From an uncultured Chloroflexia bacterium (GTDB taxonomy: Bacteria; Chloroflexota; Dehalococcoidia; DSTF01; JALHUB01): a stretch of DNA of 64,000 bases. The stretch lies in contig CAVSBT010000019.1 in the NCBI GenBank assembly GCA_963726245.1, forward strand, positions 64,001-128,000, written 5' to 3'. This document shows, piece by piece, positions 20,007 through 28,970 of the stretch. Under the pieces are notes generated by a model. The model was not told the DNA's origin and searched no databases. It saw only the letters and a list, made by a program, of their open reading frames with translations. Position numbers and translations under genes: made by a program. The first letter of the stretch is position 1, and every line of letters begins with the position of its first letter.

Positions 20007-20936
20007 CTACGCCGTGAAGCGGTCGGTGATGTAGTGGTCAGCCTTGATGGCGGCCGTGGCGCCGTCGCCGGCGGCGCTCACCACCTGGCGAGAGGAGTTC
20101 ACCCGGATGTCGCCGGCGGCGAAGATGCCGGGCGCCTCCGTCTCCATCCAGTCGTTGACATAAATGTGGCCAGCCTCATCCATGCGCAGCAGCCCCTTGA
20201 GGTAGTCGCTGTTGGGGTGAAGGCCGATGAAGATGAAGATGGCGGCCACCGGCAGGGCGGACTCTTCGCCGGTGACGACGTTGCGCAGCCTCAGGCCGGT
20301 CACCGCCTCCTCGCCCACGACCTCCGTCACCACCGTGTTCCAGACGAACTGCATCTTGGGGTTGGCGAAGGCCCTCTCCTGGAGGATCTTGCTGGCCCGC
20401 AACTGGTCGCGGCGGTGGATGACGTGGACCTTCGAGGCGTAGCGCGTCACGAAGAGCCCCTCGTCCATGGCGGCGTCGCCGCCGCCGACCACGGCCACCT
20501 CCTGGTCCTTGAAGAAGGCGGCGTCGCAGGTCGCGCAGTAGGAGACGCCCCGGCCCGTCAGGCGCTCCTCGCCGGGCACGTTGAGGCGGTTGTAGTCGGC
20601 GCCGCCGGTGATGATGACGGCCTTCGCCAGGTAGTCGCCCTCCGTCGTCTTCACCAGGTGCCGGCCGTTCTTCGACTCGATGCCCTCGACCGCTCCGTAG
20701 CCCATCTCCATGCCGTACTTCTCGGCCTGCTGCTGCATGGACTGGGCGAGGTCGAAGCCGTTGACGCCGTCCGGGAATCCCGGGTAGTTCTCGACGACGG
20801 AGGTGAGGGCGATCTGGCCGCCCGTCACGTTCCTCTCGAGGACGATGGTCTTGCGACGGGCGCGGGCGGCGTACAGCCCCGCTGTCAGGCCCGCCGGGCC
20901 CGCCCCGATGATGAGGATGTCGTATTCCTGGGTCAC
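20007..20936 (-). CDS. trxB: Thioredoxin-disulfide reductase
   Basis: GAGPAG, GVSYCATCD, VGGGDAA, FAAGD. Confidence 0.96.
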   Translation of the reverse strand: MTQEYDILIIGAGPAGLTAGLYAARARRKTIVLERNVTGGQIALTSVVENYPGFPDGVNGFDLAQSMQQQAEKYGMEMGYGAVEGIESKNGRHLVKTTEGDYLAKAVIITGGADYNRLNVPGEERLTGRGVSYCATCDAAFFKDQEVAVVGGGDAAMDEGLFVTRYASKVHVIHRRDQLRASKILQERAFANPKMQFVWNTVVTEVVGEEAVTGLRLRNVVTGEESALPVAAIFIFIGLHPNSDYLKGLLRMDEAGHIYVNDWMETEAPGIFAAGDIRVNSSRQVVSAAGDGATAAIKADHYITDRFTA

Positions 20937-21029
20937 TGGCTACTCCATTACAGCAAGCAACAGGCTACAGGCAACTAGGACCCGCCCCAACCCCTCCATG
21001 TTGCTGGTTGCTTGTTGCCCTGCCCTCGC

Positions 21030-21356
21030 TTAGGTCAGGACGGCGTCCAGGCGCCGCCGCAGGTCCGACTTTGGACGGAAGCCGATGATCTGTCCCACAG
21101 GCTGGCCTTCCCTGAAGACCAGGAGCGTTGGGATGCTGCGGATGCTGTAGTTGGAGGCGGTGACCGGGTTATCGTCGGTGTTCATCTTGACGAAGTTGAC
21201 CTTGCCTTCGTACTCCTGCGCCAGCTCCTCGACGATGGGGGAGACCATGCGACAGGGGCCGCACCAGGGCGCCCAGAAGTCCACCAGCACCGGGCGTGTG
21301 GCCTTGAGCACCTCCGTGTCGAAAGTGGCATCGGTTACTTCCTTGGGCTTCGCCAC
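21030..21356 (-). CDS. trxA: Thioredoxin
   Basis: [14 protein letters not shown]. Confidence 0.96.
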   Translation of the reverse strand: MAKPKEVTDATFDTEVLKATRPVLVDFWAPWCGPCRMVSPIVEELAQEYEGKVNFVKMNTDDNPVTASNYSIRSIPTLLVFREGQPVGQIIGFRPKSDLRRRLDAVLT

Positions 21357-21395
21357 ACCTCTCTCCTTTCCAGGTTCTTTTGTGAGAAGGCCGCC

Positions 21396-21452
21396 TTGAC
21401 ACAGAAGCCCTCTTCGCCTACCATGCTAGTATACCCCCATGGGGTATGTCAA
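21396..21452. promoter_or_regulatory. Overlapping divergent sigma-70 promoters with CsoR/RcnR-type operator
   Basis: + strand TTGACA-N17-TACCAT; - strand TTGACA-N18-TAGCAT; palindrome ATACCCCCATGGGGTAT at 21431-21447. Confidence 0.75.
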
Positions 21453-21471
21453 GCCTCCCAGGAGGGCTTTC

Positions 21472-21780
21472 ATGGACGAACGCAGTGACGCCGAGACCGA
21501 GACTCTCCTCACCCGGCTGCGCCGCGTCGAGGGCCAGGTCCGCGGCATCCAGCGCATGCTGGAGGAGGGCCGCGGTTGTGAGGACGTCCTCACGCAGCTC
21601 GCGGCCGCCCGCAGCGCCCTCGACCAGGTGGGGCTGCTGTTGATGGACTGGCACTTGGAGCGCTGCGTCCTCGGCGACCTGCCGCACGACGAGCCCCACG
21701 TGCAAGCGCTGCGAGAAGCCCTCAAGACCTGGAACCGCTTTGGGCTGCTGCCCGGCGCCGCCGAGGACCTTCCCGACTGA
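21472..21780 (+). CDS. csoR: CsoR/RcnR-family metal-sensing repressor
   Basis: RLRRVEGQVRGIQRM, C.DVLTQ, H...C (Cys-His-Cys ligand set). Confidence 0.85.
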   Translation: MDERSDAETETLLTRLRRVEGQVRGIQRMLEEGRGCEDVLTQLAAARSALDQVGLLLMDWHLERCVLGDLPHDEPHVQALREALKTWNRFGLLPGAAEDLPD

Positions 21781-21788
21781 CCCCGCCG

Positions 21789-22772
21789 CTATTTGAGTTC
21801 GGACTGCATGGCCCGCAGCATGCCGGAGGCCGACGCCTCCTTCGCTGTGCGAATGGCGTTCTTGATCGCCTGCGCGCGGCTACGCCCGTGGCAGATGATG
21901 ACCACGCCGTTCACCCCCAACAGCGGCACGCCCCCATACTCGGCGTAGTCCAAGCGCCGGCGCATGTCGCGCAGGGCGTCCAGCATGAGGAGGGCGCCCA
22001 GGCGGTAGCGGAGGCGGCTCTCGACCACTTGGCGCAGTTCGCGAAAGACGAACTCCGCTATCCCCTCGCCCATCTTGACAGCCACGTTGCCCGTGAAGCC
22101 GTCTGAGACCACCACCTCCACGGCGCCGTTCATGATGTCCTTCCCCTCCACGTTGCCCACGAAGTTGAGGGACGAGCCGTTGAGCCGGCCGTACACCTCC
22201 CGCGTCAGGGCGTTGCCTTTGCTCTTCTCCTCGCCGATGCTGAGAAGTCCCACCCGCGGTCGCTCCGCCCCGTAGACGCGCTCCATGTAGATGGAGCCCA
22301 TGTGGGCGAACTGGACAAGGTACGAGGCCTTGCAGTCGGCATTGGCGCCCACGTCCAGCGCCAGCACTCCGTACTTGCCCGTGGGGAAGTAGGCGCTCAG
22401 GGCCGGCCTCTTGATGCCGCCCAGTCTTCCCAGCACCAGTAGGGCCGAGGCCACCACAGCCCCGGTGTTCCCGGCCGAGACCACGGCGCCCGCCTGGCCC
22501 TCTTTGACAAGGCGCAGGGCTTCATTGATGGAGGAGTGGCGCTTCTGCCGCACGGCCTGGGCCGGCGGCTCCTGCATGCCCACCACCTCGCTGGCGGGCA
22601 CCACCCGCACCAGGGGGTCGCGGCGACCCTGACGGGCCAGCTCCGCCTCCAGAACGTCGGGGAGGCCGACCAGCGCCACCTCCACGTCCGTCTCACGCAC
22701 GGCCATCAGGGCGCCCTTCACCGTCTCCGTGGGGGCATAGTCGCCCCCCATGGCGTCCAGCGCGATGAGCAT
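21789..22772 (-). CDS. plsX: Phosphate acyltransferase
   Basis: IALDAMGGDYAP, SAGNTGA, DVGAN, DGFTGN, CHGRS. Confidence 0.96.
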   Translation of the reverse strand: MLIALDAMGGDYAPTETVKGALMAVRETDVEVALVGLPDVLEAELARQGRRDPLVRVVPASEVVGMQEPPAQAVRQKRHSSINEALRLVKEGQAGAVVSAGNTGAVVASALLVLGRLGGIKRPALSAYFPTGKYGVLALDVGANADCKASYLVQFAHMGSIYMERVYGAERPRVGLLSIGEEKSKGNALTREVYGRLNGSSLNFVGNVEGKDIMNGAVEVVVSDGFTGNVAVKMGEGIAEFVFRELRQVVESRLRYRLGALLMLDALRDMRRRLDYAEYGGVPLLGVNGVVIICHGRSRAQAIKNAIRTAKEASASGMLRAMQSELK

Positions 22773-22788
22773 GCGGCCTTTGTTCTCG

Positions 22789-23610
22789 TCAGCCAGAGGG
22801 TTTCTCCTGACGTGGGGACAGAGTCTTCCGCGAGGGGGCGAGGCCCGCTACGAAGATCATTCTAGGGGCATGGAGGTCGTAAGGGGAGAGGTCATAGGCG
22901 CCGTAGAGGTCCCTTGTCTGCAGGCCGGCCTGGCTGAGCAGGAGCTCCATCTCGTGCCGGAGGACAAAGCGCAGCTCGAAGGTGACCAGGCGGCGGCGTA
23001 GCGACCCCTGTGGCCCCCACTCCTCGTAGATGTGGGTGACATGCTGGACCTGACGGGCCGGGTCGGCCTGGCAGCTCTGGAACTTGCTCACCAGCACGTC
23101 CCGCACGGCGTCCTTGCGAGTCCACACCAGGCTCAGGGGTTGCACACCCGGCTCCCACTCCTGGGGCTCGAAGGCGGGCAGGTCGATGACCAGGAGCCCG
23201 TCGGAGGCCAGGTGACGGCGGGCGCATTCCAGGGCGCGCACCTGGGCCTCCTGGCTGCCCAGGTGCATGAAGCCGCCCAGCGCGCAGCAGACCAGTCCGA
23301 AGCTCTCCCCGAGGTCGAAGTCCGTCATGTCCTCTTTCAAGAGGCGCAGGTTCGCGGCCAGCCGCTGGGGGCGCAGGGCTTCCAGCTTGCGTCGGGCCAC
23401 GGCCAGCATGGCTTCCGAGCGGTCGATGCCCACCACCTTGAAGCCGGCCCGCAGCAAAGGGATGGCGACGCGCCCGGTGCCGACGCCCAGATCCAGGACC
23501 GGCAGGTCGTGACGGCGGCCGAGGTTCTCGTAGATGCCGACGTCTTCCTCGTAGCCTGCCAGGTCGAGGTCATAGTAGTCAGCGATGACGTTGAAAGGGT
23601 CTTCGGTCAT
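22789..23610 (-). CDS. Class I SAM-dependent methyltransferase
   Basis: VLDLGVGTGR, GID.S..ML, DMTDF. Confidence 0.88.
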   Translation of the reverse strand: MTEDPFNVIADYYDLDLAGYEEDVGIYENLGRRHDLPVLDLGVGTGRVAIPLLRAGFKVVGIDRSEAMLAVARRKLEALRPQRLAANLRLLKEDMTDFDLGESFGLVCCALGGFMHLGSQEAQVRALECARRHLASDGLLVIDLPAFEPQEWEPGVQPLSLVWTRKDAVRDVLVSKFQSCQADPARQVQHVTHIYEEWGPQGSLRRRLVTFELRFVLRHEMELLLSQAGLQTRDLYGAYDLSPYDLHAPRMIFVAGLAPSRKTLSPRQEKPSG

Positions 23611-23663
23611 GGCGATAGCTCTGTTACCCTTGTGTTCATTGATGTTCTAATTCGCCAAGGCTG

Positions 23664-23754
23664 GTCCTTCGACCCTTCGGCTGTGCTCAGGGCAGGCAGA
23701 CTCAGGACGAGCGGAACTTGCCCGCTCATGGTGAGCTTGTCGAACCACGAGCGG
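23664..23754. repeat. Intergenic palindromic repeat of CCTTCGAC..CTCAGG..GAGCTTGTCGAACC type with nested insert
   Basis: Arms ccttcgac...ctcaggacgagcgg and ccgctcatggtgagcttgtcgaaccacgagcgg; nested ccttcggctgtgctcagggcagg. Confidence 0.6.
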
Positions 23755-23882
23755 GCCACCAGCCTTTTTCAGGACCTTGCCCGGGCGCCTCCTGCGGACT
23801 GATGGGCATGATATGTTTGGTCCGAGACGCCCTGGGGGTAGGTGGTTCTGCCCGCCCGCCCACCCTGGGGAGAAGTGGAATC

Positions 23883-23937
23883 TGGGGGACACCCCCAGAC
23901 CCCCGGCAGAGGGGACATGCCCCCTCTGCACTCCCCC
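23883..23937. repeat. GGGGACACCCCCAGACCCCCGGCAGAGGGG..CCCCTCTGCACTCCCC intergenic repeat
   Basis: Two nested hairpins; resembles a dispersed repeat type of high-GC Chloroflexota (recalled, not verified). Confidence 0.55.
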
Positions 23938-24035
23938 AGGGCTGTGTCGCGTTGTTCTGTCCATCACACAATCCGCGGCTTCCTCGAAGCTGAGGGTTTG
24001 AACCCTCAGAGATGAATCTCAGTGGTCGATGGCCT

Positions 24036-25213
24036 TCACGGCTGGGCCAGGAACTCCTCCTGGATGCGCCGGCGCAGCTCCGGGTCCGTGAGAACGTCGA
24101 TAGCGGTCATGGCCATGGCTTTGGCGGCGTCCAGGAGGCCTCGCTGTCCGTCTTCGGAGGCGGCGCAGGCGGCGAACTCGCGGCTGTGGATGCCTACCTC
24201 GGGCGGCGCCACGGCGATCGTGGGATGGATGGCGGGCACCAGGGCGCTGACGTTGCCCATGTCCGTGCTGCCCATGTGCCGGCTGGGCTGATCGTGCGTC
24301 TGGCGGCCGACGGCCGCCAGGTTCGCCTTGTGGGCTTCGGCCAGGGCGCTGTTGCTACGCATGGCGGCGAACTGGTTCTCCGACCAGCGGTACTCCAGGC
24401 GGGCGCCGCTTGCCCGTCGCGCCGGCCTCGAAGCAGGCGATGACCTTCGACTTCAACTCGTCCAGGTAGGCGTCGTCCTCCGCCCGAACCAGGAAGCTGG
24501 CCGCCGAGTGGTTCGGCACGACGTTCGCCGCCTGGCCGCCGTCGGTGATCACGCCGTGGATGCGGGCGCTGTCGCGGATGTGCTGGCGCAGGGCGCCGAT
24601 GGCGTTGTAGGCGAGGATGAGGGCGTCAAGGGCGTTGACGCCGGTCTCCGGCCGGGCGGCGGCGTGGGCCTCCCTCCCGAAGTACTCGACCTCCAGGGAG
24701 ACGCAGGCCAGTGCCCGCGAGTGGACGGCGTTACGGGAGCCGGGATGGGTGAGCATAGCGACATCCAGGCCGTCGAAGGCGCCCTGGCGGGCCATGATGA
24801 CCTTGCCGCCCACGATCTCCTCGGCCGGCGTGCCGATGACAACGAGGGAGCCGCCCGTCGAGTCGAGGGCTGTTCGCGCCGCCAAGGCGGCGGCCGCGGC
24901 GCTGACGCCGATGAGGTTGTGGCCGCAGGCGTGGCCAACGCCGGGCAGGGCGTCGTACTCGGCCAGGAAGGCGACGCGGGGCCCGCCCTGGCCCGCGGTG
25001 GCCCGGAAGGCGGTGGGCAGGCCGCAGATCCCCCTCTCGACCTGGAATCCGGCCTTTCTCCAGGAGTTCGCAGAGCCAGGCGCTGGCCTTGTGCTCCTGG
25101 AGGCCCGCCTCTGGGTTGTCGTGGATGCGGCGGCTCAGGTCGATGAGCTCTTGCCGGTGGACCTCGACCTCGGCGACGGCGCGGGCTTTGAGACGTTCCT
25201 TGTCAATGGCCAT
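24036..25213 (-). CDS. M20 family amidohydrolase (AbgB/PM20D2-like), several indels
   Basis: IHDNPE, EYDALP..HACGHN, GTPAEE..GGK, HAAA.P..GVNALDA, GSTDMGNVS across three frames. Confidence 0.85.
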
Positions 25214-25410
25214 AGAGTGGCCCCCCGCGCGAGCCGGACGGCGGCCGCGGCATCGAGGCACCGCATTGTAGGGATGCCCCCGCCCGTCCGTCAAGCGGAC
25301 TATGTGGCTAATCTGGCATCCGGCCTGCCAACGTCGGGGCGCAGCAGGCTGCGCCCCTAGAAGGTCAGACGAATAGGGAGCCGACGGGGTTCGACGGGCT
25401 CAGCGCCCTG

Positions 25411-27267
25411 CTACCCGTGGATGACGTCCGCCACGTCCTTGAGGCCCAGCTCCTCCAGCTTCCGGCGGCTGGGCTTGCTGGTCTCGGGGTCCCAGTCGCA
25501 GGTCTCCAAGAACTCCTTCTCCTGCGTCTTCCAGTCCAGGGTGAAGTCCTTCAAGGGCCCTTCGTGCAAGGAAGGAGAGCCCACCAGCCGGCCTGGGACC
25601 TCGCGCTTGGCCGGGTTGCCGCCCTCGCGCACCTCGAAGGCCATGCGCAGGTTGGCGATGCGCTCGCCGGCCTTCAGGAGCTCCTCGTTGGTGGTGTCCC
25701 AGCCCGTGGCGGCGTTGATCCACTCCGGGAGGCGGTCGTTGGGCGCCGCCATCATGATGAACAAGCACATGCCGGTAGCGTTGACGACGTGGACGTACTC
25801 GGCGCCTCCCTTGTGGTGGGCGGCGCGGCCGGTGCCGACGCCCTTCTCCTGCTGGGTGGCAGGTATGCCCCACTGGGCGCGGGGGCTGCCTTCGTACTGG
25901 GTGTGGCGGGCCGGCGTGGCGTCCAGCTTATAGGTCGTGTAGAACTCGGGCTGGTGCTTCGGGTCGTGCATGGGAAGCTCTTCGCCGCCGACGTGCATGG
26001 CGAACGGCTGCGCCCGCGGCCCGAGGCGCTCCGCCGCCTTCTGGATGCCGTCGGCCAGGACATCGCCGAAGCCCTCGCGCTTCCCGATCTTGTGCAGCAT
26101 CTCGATGCTGGCATCGGGGTTGCTCCAGCGGAGGTCGATGCCGTCGGTGTCCTCCTTGGTGATGACGCCGTTCTCAAAGCACTCGGTGGCGAAGGCGATG
26201 ACGGCCCCGGCGGAGATGGTGTCCATGCCGTAGAGGTTGCAGATGTGGTTGGCGTGCTGGATGAAGTCGACGTCGGCGTTGAGGGTCAACGCCCCGAAGG
26301 AGGCGGCCGTCTCGTACTCGGCGCGGTGCGTCTTGGCCGGGTAGGGGTACTTCGGGTTCTCCGACTCCTTGCTCTCGGCGCCGCAGGCCAGCGGACAGTG
26401 CCAGCAGGCGTAGTGCTTCTGCATCCTCTTGTTGAAGTTGTCGCCGAGCAGCTCCATGGCCTGTGGAAAGTCCGACGCGCCCGCGCCGCCCCAGTTCTTC
26501 ACCGGCGAGTCGCCGGAGAAGGCGGAGCCCACCGTGATGCCGGTGGTGCCGTAGGTGCGGAAGAACTTGGCCACGGGCTGTACGAACTCGTCCAGCGCGG
26601 CGCGTACCAGGGCGCGGACCTCCTTGTCGGCGCCGAGGATGATGGCCCGGGAGGAGTTGATGACCACGGCCTTGAGCCGTTTGGAGCCCATCACGGCGCC
26701 CAGGCCGCTGCGGGCGGCCAGGCGGCCCCTCTCGTTGGAGATGCCCGCCATGTAGGAGAGCTTCTCCCCCGCCTCGCCGATGCAGGCGACGCTGGCCTTC
26801 TTGCCGTGGCGCTCCTTCAGCTTCTCCTCCACCGCGATGGCGTCCATTCCCCAGAGGTCGCGGGCGTCCTCCAGGGTCGCCCTCTCGTCCTCTATGTGGA
26901 GGTAGACGGGCCGGTCTGCGATGCCGCTGAAGAGGACGGCGTCCCAGCCCGCGTTCTTGAGGTAAGGACCCACGTCGCCGCCGGAGTTGGCGTCGCCCCA
27001 GCCTCCCGTCTTCGGCGACTTGCCCACCGCCTGGTAGCGGATGCCGAAGAGGGGAGTGCCGGTCAGGAGGCCTGGGAACAGGCCGAGGACGTTGTCGCGC
27101 CCGAGGGGATCGGCTCCCCGGGGTATGCGGTCGAACAGCAGACGTGCCCCCAGCCCGTAGCCGCCGAGGTAGGTGCGATACATCTGCTCGGGCAGGTGCT
27201 CTGCCTCAATGACATCGGTGCCGAGGTGGACATTCAGGATCTTGCCGTTGAAGGCTCGTTCTTCCAT
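25411..27267 (-). CDS. aor: Aldehyde:ferredoxin oxidoreductase family (tungstopterin) enzyme
   Basis: YLGGYGLG, KSP.TG, GLGAVMGSKRLKA, CWHCPLACG, EYET, GMDTIS. Confidence 0.92.
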   Translation of the reverse strand: MEERAFNGKILNVHLGTDVIEAEHLPEQMYRTYLGGYGLGARLLFDRIPRGADPLGRDNVLGLFPGLLTGTPLFGIRYQAVGKSPKTGGWGDANSGGDVGPYLKNAGWDAVLFSGIADRPVYLHIEDERATLEDARDLWGMDAIAVEEKLKERHGKKASVACIGEAGEKLSYMAGISNERGRLAARSGLGAVMGSKRLKAVVINSSRAIILGADKEVRALVRAALDEFVQPVAKFFRTYGTTGITVGSAFSGDSPVKNWGGAGASDFPQAMELLGDNFNKRMQKHYACWHCPLACGAESKESENPKYPYPAKTHRAEYETAASFGALTLNADVDFIQHANHICNLYGMDTISAGAVIAFATECFENGVITKEDTDGIDLRWSNPDASIEMLHKIGKREGFGDVLADGIQKAAERLGPRAQPFAMHVGGEELPMHDPKHQPEFYTTYKLDATPARHTQYEGSPRAQWGIPATQQEKGVGTGRAAHHKGGAEYVHVVNATGMCLFIMMAAPNDRLPEWINAATGWDTTNEELLKAGERIANLRMAFEVREGGNPAKREVPGRLVGSPSLHEGPLKDFTLDWKTQEKEFLETCDWDPETSKPSRRKLEELGLKDVADVIHG

Positions 27268-27323
27268 GGCGGGGATCTCCTCCAGAGCGTGGGGACAGCG
27301 GCCAGGCAGAGCCTGCGAGACCG

Positions 27324-27355
27324 ATTATAGGCTCGCGTGGAGCGATTGGTCAATC
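27324..27355 (-). promoter_or_regulatory. Sigma-70 promoter of aor with a near-palindrome over the -35
   Basis: TTGACC-N18-TATAAT; GATTGACCAATC overlaps -35. Confidence 0.6.
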
Positions 27356-27411
27356 AAGTGCTTATTTTACTTTCCCTATGCCCTCACGTTTGGAGGGCCG
27401 GCGGAGGCGCC

Positions 27412-28660
27412 CTACTCGACGCGGATGCCCGGCGCCGGGAAGGACCGGCAGAGCTCGCGCACCTCGCCGCTGATGCGCTCCAGGACCGCCTCGTCCTCCA
27501 CGTTGGACACCGCCTCCTCCATCCAGGCGGCGACCTGTCGCATCTCCGCCTCACCCATGCCGCGTGAGGTGACGGACGGTGTGCCGATGCGCACGCCGCT
27601 GGGGCTGAAGGGCCGGCGCGGGTCGTAGGGGATGGTGTTGTAGTTGGTGACGATGCCGGCGCGGTCCAGCGCCTTCGCCGCCTTCTTGGCGATCACCTCC
27701 TTGTTCGTCAGGTCGATGAGGATGAGGTGATTGTCGGTGCCGCCGGAGATGAGGGAGAAGCCGCGCTCCCGGAGCTCCGCCGCCAGCACCTTGGCGTTGC
27801 GGACTATCTGCTGTCCGTACTCCCTGAACTCGGGCGTGGCCGCCTCCTTCAGCGCCACGCCGATGGCCGGCCGTAGTGTGGTTGTGAGGCCCTCCCTGGA
27901 GCGCCGGGAAGACGGCCCTATCGATCTTGGCCGCCAGGTCGGCGCGACAGAGGATCATGGCGCCTCGAGGGCCCCGGAGCGTCTTGTGCGTGGTGGTGGT
28001 GATCACATCGGCGTACGGCGCGGGGTCCGGATGCGCCCCTGCCACCACGAGGCCTGCTATGTGGGCGATGTCCGCCAGGAAGTAGGCGTCCACCTCGTGG
28101 GCGATCTCGCCGAAGGCCTTGAAGTCGAACAGCCGGGGATACGCGGTGGCGCCGGCGACGATGATGCGGGGCCTCTCGCGTCGCGCCATGTCGCGCACGG
28201 CGTCGTAGTCGATGAGGTGGGTCTTGGGGTCCACCGTGTACTGAACGGAGCGGTAGAAGCGGGCGGAGAAGCTCACCTCCCAGCCGTGGGTGAGGTGCCC
28301 GCCGTGCGGCAGGCTGAGCCCCATGATCGTCTCGCCGGGCTCCAACAGGCCGTAGTAGACCGCCATGTTGGCCGGCGAGCCCGAGTAGGGCTGGACGTTG
28401 GCGTGATCCATGTGGAAGAGGGCCTGGGCCCGCTCCTTCACCAGCTCTTCCAGCCGGTCGATGTTGCGCTGCCCTTCGTAGTAGCGCTTTCCCGGGTAGC
28501 CCTCCGAGTACTTGTTGGTGAGGACGGAGCCCACAGCCTCCATTACCGCCGCCGAGGCGTAGTTCTCGGACGGGATGAGGCGCAGGGTCTCGAACTGGTA
28601 CCTCTCCTCCTCCCGGATCAGGGAGTAAATCTCAGGATCGGTCTGCTGTAGCTCTAGCAT
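27412..28660 (-). CDS. glyA: Serine hydroxymethyltransferase (frameshift near 27870)
   Basis: [52 protein letters not shown]. Confidence 0.95.
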
Positions 28661-28788
28661 GTTCGCCCTCCTCCGGATGCCGTTTTGCCCGGACGAATCC
28701 GCCCCGTCTGTGGGATGCCCGTTTGCCCGTCTGTCCGGCAAACACGCAAACAGGCAAACGGGCAGGTACGCCTGCCTGCCGCAGGCAG

Positions 28789-28819
28789 AAAAACAGCCAC
28801 GTCACGGGCCGACGTGGCT
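28789..28819 (-). terminator. Intrinsic terminator (attenuator) in the glyA leader
   Basis: AGCCACGTC-GGCCCGT-GACGTGGCT then GTTTTTCT, ~130 nt upstream of the glyA start. Confidence 0.75.
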
Positions 28820-28847
28820 CAACGCAGGGCAAGACCGGCCGCCAGCC

Positions 28848-28904
28848 CTAGTCGTGACGCGGCCCGCGTCCGTCTCCCCTCGAAACTACAGTCCTGGAAG
28901 GCAT
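28848..28904 (-). CDS. Putative 18-aa glyA leader peptide MPSRTVVSRGDGRGPRHD
   Basis: SD AAGGAG 3 nt before ATG just after the predicted TSS; Gly codons at 10, 12, 14; 3' end overlaps the antiterminator strand. Confidence 0.55.
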   Translation of the reverse strand: MPSRTVVSRGDGRGPRHD

Positions 28905-28921
28905 CTTCTCCTTACGTGGGC

Positions 28922-28951
28922 AGTGTAGCGGAGCCCTCTCGCGGGTGTCAA
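28922..28951 (-). promoter_or_regulatory. Sigma-70 promoter of the glyA leader
   Basis: TTGACA-N18-TACACT. Confidence 0.7.
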
Positions 28952-28970
28952 CGACTGTGGGAATAGCTCG

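Noticed and set aside
20007-21356. Selenoprotein versions of TrxB/TrxA next to selC
   Set aside because: Both have ordinary Cys motifs (CATC, CGPC) and end in TAG/TAA
25417-27330. Long antisense ORFs (637 aa opposite aor; likewise 56336..58231, 54750..56498, 849..1856)
   Set aside because: Shadow frames produced by high GC3 on the opposite coding strand; no motifs
28795-28915. ZTP (pfl), THF or glycine riboswitch upstream of glyA
   Set aside because: Lacks the GACUGGCG...GCC..CGCCUGGGC ZTP consensus and the THF, glycine and T-box signatures by eye; a cmscan is still advisable
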